A stretch of 57,107 nucleotides of DNA from Rhizaria sp. SCN 62-66 (lineage: Eukaryota): contig MEDY01000402.1 of assembly GCA_001724265.1 (NCBI GenBank), forward strand, positions 1 through 57,107. The letters run 5' to 3'. The notes beneath the pieces were generated by a model. The model made no database searches. It saw nothing but the letters and a program-made list of their open reading frames with translations, and had not been told where the DNA came from. Shown here in pieces: positions 49,472-57,107 of the stretch. Positions within the stretch are counted from its first letter, which is position 1. Each line of letters starts with the position of its first letter. Position numbers and translations under genes: made by a program.

Positions 49472-52400
49472 ATGCCAGTGCGCCCCGCTGCCGCGTCAGA
49501 CAGCGCTCCCGCCGCCCCCGCCCCCGCTGCCGCTCCAGTTGTCGCTGCGCCTTCAGCAATGAGCGCGGGCGCGGGCGCGGGCGGCGCTGCTGTGGCGACC
49601 ACGAGAAGCGCTGCGGCGCCTGTCTTCGGTGCTGCCGCGACTGATGCCCCGCAGCAGCAGTACCAGCACAGTGCGATGCCGGCGCTCGCAGATACTGCGC
49701 CGCAGCCGCTGACCGCTAGCACAAGCAGCAACGGCAACGGCAACAGCAACAGCAACAGCAGCGTTCCTGCCGGCGGCGCGAGCTCGAGCGCAAGCTCTCC
49801 CGCCGCCGCCGCCGCTGTCGCTGCCAACATCGCCGCGACCGCCTCCCCCGCGGCCTCCCTCGACCACGACGGGGGAGACAGCGCTGGCGACTTCGAGAAC
49901 GCGGCGGCGTTTCTGCGCAGCTTGGCCGACAAGGGCTACGACGACGTCGACGACTACAACGGCGGCAGTCACAACGACGTGAGCGTGAACGGCAGCACAG
50001 AGACCGACCTGTCGAGACAGCAATCGCGGATACAGCCGCTGCAGCAGTTGGAGCCAGAGCAGGGCCAGGAGCAAGACGGTGTTGAGAGCGAGAGTGACTT
50101 TACAGTGCACTCAGCCGCTCACTCGACCACGCACCACAATGGTATCAACAATAACGCCAATAATGGTTACATTGCAGAGGGCAACGAGAGCCTCGTCGCT
50201 GCACCTGCCGTCGCGGACATGACCGAGACGATTGTCGCCACTCCGGTCAAGCTCATTCAACAGCAAGAGGCGCAAGCACAAGCACATGCGCAACTGCTCC
50301 AGCAACAGCAGCAGCAGCAGCAGCCGCAAGGTGAGCTTGATATGGAGCTCGACCTCAACCTCGACACCGACAGCGAGCCCCGATTACAGCCGTCCCAGTC
50401 CCAGTCGCAGCCCTCCCACCACCAGGACGCCGCTTTGCTGCTGTCGCCGGACCTGCCGCGGACGTTTTCGACACGCGCTCGCCCTATATCAAACAGCAAC
50501 AGCAACACGAATCCCGCGGATGCTGACGCTGCTGCTGCTGCTGTTGCCAGCGCGCGGGGCGATGACGCCGCCGCCGCTGCTGCTGCTGCTGCTGCTGATG
50601 CCAGTGCCAGTGGCGAGGGTCTCAGCTCGCTCACTCTCGCTATGGCCCTCAGCCAAAACGGCAGCAGCAACGGCTCTAGCGGCGGCGGCGTTGGGGGCGG
50701 CGGCAGCGTGATCTCCCGTCTAAGTACCCCCTTAGACCGGCTGAGCACGCCCTTAGACGCCTCACACTTGCCCCTCACGGGGGCTCTCATCTCTGACGAT
50801 GACGACGATGATGATGACAATCACGGCGGTGACGACAATGCTGGCTCTAAACTGGGAGGCGTGTTTGGCACAACCGCGCCCGCCTTGGTGCCACCGATGA
50901 GCAACAGCAACAACAGCAACAACAGCAACAACAGCAACAATGGCAACAATAACAACGCTCCCTCGAACACGGCGGCCGCTGTCGGTGATAGCGGAGACAT
51001 GCTTCTGTTCGACGTGAAGCAAATCGACGCCCTCTTGGCCTCTGCCGCGCTGGATCTAAGTGGCGCCGCGCCTGGGGTCCTTACATCTGCCCGCGAGGAG
51101 CCTGACAGCTCTCGCTCTCTGAGTAGCAGCGCCAACGCGCACTCGACTGCAACTGGGACTGCGCCGGCGCTGACTGAGGCCGCCACCGCCGCGACTGCAG
51201 CGGAGGCGGCGGAGGAGGCCTGGGCCCGGTTGCTGCAGCAGCAGCGGGAGTCGTTGGCCACGCGGCAGCCGCAGCCGCAGTTGCAGTCCCAGCTGCAATC
51301 CCAGACTCAGTTGCAGCAGTCTCCCCCTCAGCCCCTCGAGTTGGAGCAGGGCGCACACCCGCCCTTCTACCACCCCTATAGCAGCGCCGCTGGCAGCGAC
51401 CACACGGGGGGCATGAGTCCCCTGAACTCCAGCATGAGTCCGCTCACGGCCGCCGCAAGTCCCTTGGGTACCCCAGGGGTTCCCGGCGTCTCCGGCGGGG
51501 TGGGGTCAGTTACCGGCGCGAATCTGCTGATGGCCCACATTACGGAGGCCGACGAGGAGGAGGAGGAGGGCTTTCCCTTGCAGCAGCAGCCTCATAGCCA
51601 GCAGTCTCAGCAGCAGGGTCAGCTGGGTTACCGCGTGGACGGGCTCAGCCAGGCCGACTCCCCGCTCTCGGCGGCGTTGGCCCGGCTCGGCCACCAGCTG
51701 GAGGCGTCTCCGCTGGCCGTGTCGACGACGACGACGGCGGGCGACGCGGCGACGGAGAGCTCTCCGTATTTGGCGACGCCACTGTTCCACGCCATGAACT
51801 CGTCAATGACAACAATGACCAGCACCACCAACCCTGGTACTGCTACTGGCCCTGGCACTGCGACGACGACACCGCTGTATACGAATGTGGCATACGCAAT
51901 CGCGGGCGTGCCCGCGCCTCTCAGCAACACCAGTGCCAGCCCCAGCGCCAGCGCCAGCGCGAGTGCGAGTGTCAATGCGACCGCCGCGGCCGTCACTGAC
52001 CACGACGACGACGACGACGACGATAATGGAGTGAGTGACGGCCCCACAAGCAACACGCGCACCCACACCAACGTGAGCGCTTACACTGGCGGCAATGGCA
52101 CCGAGCCGTACGCCAAGACTGCTCCCGTTGCAAGTGACTCGCATGTAGCAGCAGCGGATGTGTCTGCTTATGACCCGAACAACGGCTTTGACTTTAGCGC
52201 CAGCTCTAACTTCCCTGTTAGTAACAACAATAACAACAATAACAACTACGCTAACATCGCTGGTTATGACACGGAGCCCGGCAACGGCTACTATGCGCAA
52301 GGCTACGACGACGACGACGCTAACGCTTACGCCAACAATAACAATCACGCGAGTCTGCTGCCGAGTGGCAGCTACGACCTCTCGCTCGGCCGCGTAAACA

Positions 52401-53667
52401 CGGACGCTGACAATACCGTTGCTGTTGCCGTTGGCCCTCCCGCAAACGCCGCCGAAACACCCGAACATCATCCCCAGCAGCAGCATGAGTCTCAGTCGAA
52501 GCCAAAGACCAAGGGAAAGCATTCTAGCTCAAAGAAAACTCCTGCTTCTAGCAACAGCAACAGCACCGCTGGAAAGCGTTCTGTCAACTCGATTTACGCT
52601 GTTCCCATGCACAATGCCGGCTTCACCGGTGTGTTGTCGCCGTTAAGTGCGCGCGTGCCGACCATTTATAACGCGAACCCTTACATGCCCGGCGCATACG
52701 CCCCGCCAGCTGCGGGTACTTACAACCCGACCGCTTACATGGTCGACAGCACCTTGGGCTCTGACGCGCACTCCAGCCTCGCAAGCGCCACCCATAGTCG
52801 CGCTGAGCCGGGGCCGCTGCAGTCGCCGCAAATGCAGCGCCAGAGCAGCGGTGACAGTGGGGGCGGTGGCAGCTTCGATGCGCTGTCCCAGTCCATTTCC
52901 CTCTTGCTGCAGCAGCAACAGCAACCCTTCCAGCCTCAGCCAGAGCAGACAGAGCAGAGCCAACCACACGGCGAGAGCGTTCGCCCTGACGTTGCCGCTG
53001 CCGCTGTTGCTGCGGCCGCTGCCGTTGCAGCGAACGCGAGTGCGAGTGAAACGGAGCTTCTGGCCGTGCTGCGCGCTGCCATTGCGAACCACAAGCATCA
53101 GCAGCAGCAACAGCTACAGCAACAGCAACAGCTTGATCAGCGCGGTGTAAGTGTCAGCCTCCCTTTCAATGTAAGTACCCAGGCTGCCGCCCACTTTTCT
53201 CCCTTCGCGTCGCCCCTTACACACTCGCTCTCACAGTCGCAGACACACGGGCGCTCACCCTTACACATGCTGCCGCTGCCGCAGCCTCAGTTCGCTCACT
53301 CGCATGCCAAGTGCCGCCGATCTAAGTGCTCGGCCCGTGGCACGAGAGCGTCTAAGGGGGGCAAGTGGAGGGGTGGCCGCGGCCGGCCATCTAAGCACGC
53401 AGTGAATCTCAGTCGCGGCGACATTGCCGGCAGTTCTGTCGGCCACGGCGAGCATTCGCTGCTGCTGTCGCCGATTCCGCAGGCTCCGGCTCACGGTCAC
53501 TTCGCCCACAGCCCCAGCCCTGCTCACGGTCACTTTGCTCACAGCCACTCTGCTCACGGTCACTCTGCTCACGGTCACTCCCACGGCCATGCGTCGGGCT
53601 ATTTGTCGTCGACCGACAACAACCACACCGACAACGGCCACGGCCACGGCCACCACCGTGTCGGCGG

Positions 53668-53764
<97 letters not shown>

Positions 53765-56700
53765 CGTCAGTGACGGTCACCTGATCACAACTGACAGTAA
53801 CGAAACGCCGACCTTCGGCGACAACTACACCCGCACGAACGGCGTCGAGACTGACGGCGATGATGACGACGACGACGACAGTACGTTGCAGCTCAGTCTT
53901 GCTCGCTCCGGCTCTAAGTACCCGACCTCTAAGCACCACAAGTCCAAGTACCACTCCGCGGCCAAGGGCGCTTCGAAGGGTGCCGTAAAGTCTAAGGGCC
54001 AGCACCGCCTAAGTACCTCTGATGCCTACACTCTTTCTCTGCCGCAACAGCAGCAGCAGCAGCAACAACAGCAACAGCTGCACGGCCACGGCCACAGTCA
54101 GGGGCAGCGGCGGCTGCGGCGGGCGCAGCGCTTGCTGCAGCTCACCCAGCACCTCAACAACAGCAGCCCTCCTGCGGCGAACCTTCACGTGAACAACGTC
54201 GCCGGTGCTGAGGACGACTCTGCGAGCCTCGCTGCCGCTGCCCCTGCCGATGCCAACGACGGCGTTTCAGCTGTGGGCGGCAACGCTACGAACGCTCGCT
54301 TCCACATCGGCCTGCTGGCCTCGCCGTTGAGAACCCCTGACTCGACGACGATGACGACTAGCAGCAACATCAGCAGCAACAGCAACAGCAATGTTAAAGT
54401 GGCAGCGGCGGCGAGCTCGGCCAATTCACACCGCAACAACGCGTTTGCGGCCGCGGTGAACACTCGCAGCGCCACAGCGACAACCGCCCAGACTCCTGCT
54501 ACTGCGACTGCGCGCGCGCTTCCCAGCAACAGCAACAACAGCAACAGCAACAGCAACGGCAACAACGGTGTTCACGGTGCTACGCAGTCGGCTGTCAGTG
54601 CTGACGGCCCGGGTGTTAGCGTTCGGGGTGTTGTCGCCACAGACGCCAGCAGCAGCAACAGCGGCTGCAACGGCGTCGGCAGCGGCAGCGCCAGTGGCGG
54701 CGGTGGTGTCGGCAACAGCAACAGCAGTGCTGGCGGTGTGCAAGTCAATATCTACACTAATAACCCACAGCAGCAGTCGCAACAACCTCAGCGCCAGCAA
54801 CAGAAAACGCAGTCTAAGAAACAGAGCTCTCCGTCTCGGGCTACGACTCAGTCTAAGTGCTGCTGCGGGGGTACTTACCCGAGCGACTGCACCGACTACA
54901 ACGACAACGACTGCGCCTGCTGCTGTGGCAGCCGCGCCGCTCGCGTTCACAACACTCATAGCGGCGTTAGCGAATGCGAGAGCGACGACGCTGGCGCCAC
55001 GCATGTTTCGTACCGCAATCGGTGTAACAACAATAACAACAACAGCAACAACAATAGCCACAACAACAACAACGGCAATAACACGCATAGCGCTGGTGTT
55101 CATCACAGTGACTGCGCTCACAGTCGCGGTCAGAGTCACGCGAAATCGTCGTCTTTGCGCACCGACGCGAAGCTTGTGAAGGCGGCGGCGGCTCAGAGCG
55201 ACTCAGTCACCGCCCGCAACCCCTCGTATGTGAGCGACAACAGCGACGACGACGACGACGAGGACGACGGCGACGACGGCTACAATGACAACAACGCTGC
55301 CGCCGCCGCCGCCGTCGCCGCCCTGAGCACCTTCACCCCTCCCGTGTTCACGAGCTATCACGAGACCAGCGACAACGACACCGACAACGACGACGGCGAC
55401 GCCGACAACGGCAATCACGGCGTTCGTGCGATCGCTGGCGCGTACCCGCCTCAGTTTGAGTGCCCGCAGTCGAGGCACGCTGCTGCCAACAAGGCTGCTG
55501 CGCACGGTCACTCTGCTCGCGGTCAATCCGCTCACGGTCACTCTGCTCATGGTCACAGTCAAAGCCACCGCTGCGGCCATAAACACGCGCATACGGCGGC
55601 GCGCAATGCTACCACTCGGTCCGGCGACCGCGCCCGCGCCCGTGGCGGCCCAGCGGGCGAACGCGAGCGGCTGCTGGCGGTGAAGAAGGAGCTCCGGGCC
55701 GCGCGGCGCGAGCGGGACCTGGGGGCCGTGCGCGTGCTCGCACTTGAAGACCTTGCGCGCGCGCAAATGCAACAGGTACGTCGCTCACTCTCGCCTTTAA
55801 ACAAATCTTATTGGTGATATATTAGTTTTCTATCTTTTAATCATACTTCATTCTTTCTCATAATTCTATTTATATCATGCAATTCCTGCGTTTTCTCGTA
55901 GATCACCGAGCTGCTTGGCGACGATTCTCTCCCAGTCGCCGAGAGCAACGGCGACAACAGCCTTAACGACTCAGCTCTTCCGCATCAACAGCAGCAGCGT
56001 CCACAGCAGCACGACGCTGTGGCGTACTGGCGCGACGCCTCATTCCGCCTGCTGCTGCGCATCCACCAGGAGGCCGAGGCTCACGCGCAGGAGACCGCCG
56101 GCCTCCGCAAGTCGCTTCAAGTCCGTCCCCCGATCTCAATATCTCGCAATATCTTTGTAATGACTTCACATTATACGCTGTTGACAATTAAAATACTTAA
56201 AATACCCGTATTTAACTCCGAAATAGTGCTCACTTTTTCTCGTGCGTTTGTTTTATTGCCTTGTTATGTCCCAACCCAACAGCAATCCGAGGCGCTGACC
56301 CGCGCCTCCCAGGCCGAGTCCTCCTCCTCGGCGGCCTCTCTGCTCTCGCTCCGAGCGGCCCTCGACACCTCGCTCGACTCGCGCGTGGCGGACCGCGACC
56401 GCGTCTCTGCCTTAGAGGCTTCGCTGGCCGAGTCCCGCGCCGAAGCGGCCGCCGCGCGTGCCTCCGTCCGCGCCGCCGAGTCCGCGGCCTCCGCCGCCGT
56501 GGCCGCTGCGAAGCAAGAGCTTTCACAGCGGCTCACGCGCCAGGCTACGGCCGCGCGCGCCGCAGCCGTGGCCACCGAGCGCGCGCGCCTCGTGGACAAC
56601 ACTAGCTCTGCGCGCGCCGCCGCCGCGGGCCAGGCGGCCGCGCTGGAGCAGGAGCGGGCGCGCCACGCAGCCGCGCTTTCCGCCGCGCTCTCCGCCGCCG

Positions 56701-57107
56701 TTGAGGCCGCTAACGCCCGCGTCGCTGCAGTCGAGAGCGCCGCGGCCGCGCGCGTGACCGCCGCAGAGGCCGCTGCTGAGGCCGCTGAGACGGAGAGGCT
56801 TACTGCCTCGGCCGCCGCCGCCTCGGCCGCCGCCGCGGCCGCCGCCAAGGCGCACACCGACCTCGCCGCCGCCGCGGGCGCGCTGGCCACCGCCGACGCC
56901 GCGGCTGCCGCGCTGCGCCGGGACCGGCAGCAGCTGCAGCTCGAGCTGGCCACGGCCGTGGCGGCCGCCGAGAACGGCCGCCGCGCCGCCGCCGCCACCG
57001 CCGCGGCCGCAGCTGCGGCCTCGCAGGCCCGCGAGAGCGAGCTTCGACAGGCCGCGGCTGCTGCGGAGGCCGCGGCGGCCGCGGCGGCGACGGCGGCGCA
57101 GCTCGAG
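49472..57107 (+). CDS. Very large low-complexity protein with C-terminal coiled coil, 3' end outside the window; frame break at (CAG)31; introns 55776-55901 and 56121-56282
   Basis: ORF 49472-53773 continues in ORF 53424-55817 after the repeat. Two phase-0 GT-AG introns lead to exon 55902-56120 (ITELLG...YWRDASFRLLLRI...) and an Ala/Glu/Arg coiled-coil exon from 56283 to the end of the window. Confidence 0.68.
53489..53590 (+). repeat. His-rich coding repeat (AHGHS/AHGHFAHS units); a second cluster lies at about 55498-55560
   Basis: Repeated gctcacggtcac(tct) units. Confidence 0.8.
53671..53763 (+). repeat. Perfect (CAG)31 microsatellite within coding sequence
   Basis: Directly visible; coincides with the reading-frame switch. 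Confidence 0.97.

Overview
Eukaryotic nuclear DNA, probably from a protist with aerobic mitochondria. Exons are GC-rich and packed with Ala/Ser/Gln/Asn low-complexity tracts, and the 23 modelled GT-AG introns (about 125-300 nt) are mostly AT- or pyrimidine-rich. Twelve protein-coding genes were modelled by hand: an IFT54/MIP-T3-like CH-domain protein (5' truncated), a GNPTAB-like Stealth phosphotransferase, a ~2,670-aa protein of unknown function, LETM1, a large unknown protein, a TBC Rab-GAP with a B-box, a ribosomal P1-like protein, PRC1/Ase1/MAP65, a secreted saposin-like protein, a MYND/MSS51-like protein, methylmalonate-semialdehyde dehydrogenase and a large coiled-coil protein (3' truncated). 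The main discovery is an apparent non-standard nuclear genetic code in which TAG is a sense codon, most likely Gln, while TAA and TGA remain stops. Five in-frame TAGs interrupt otherwise continuous reading frames in two genes, one inside a CAG poly-Gln run and one upstream of the conserved Stealth CR4 domain, and none of the 11 visible gene ends uses TAG. Secondary observations are a recurrent frame-independent exonic motif TAAGTACCC, GTACGY splice donors, a P1 protein lacking its universal C-terminal motif and frame breaks at the two longest microsatellites. All family calls come from motif recognition, not database searches.
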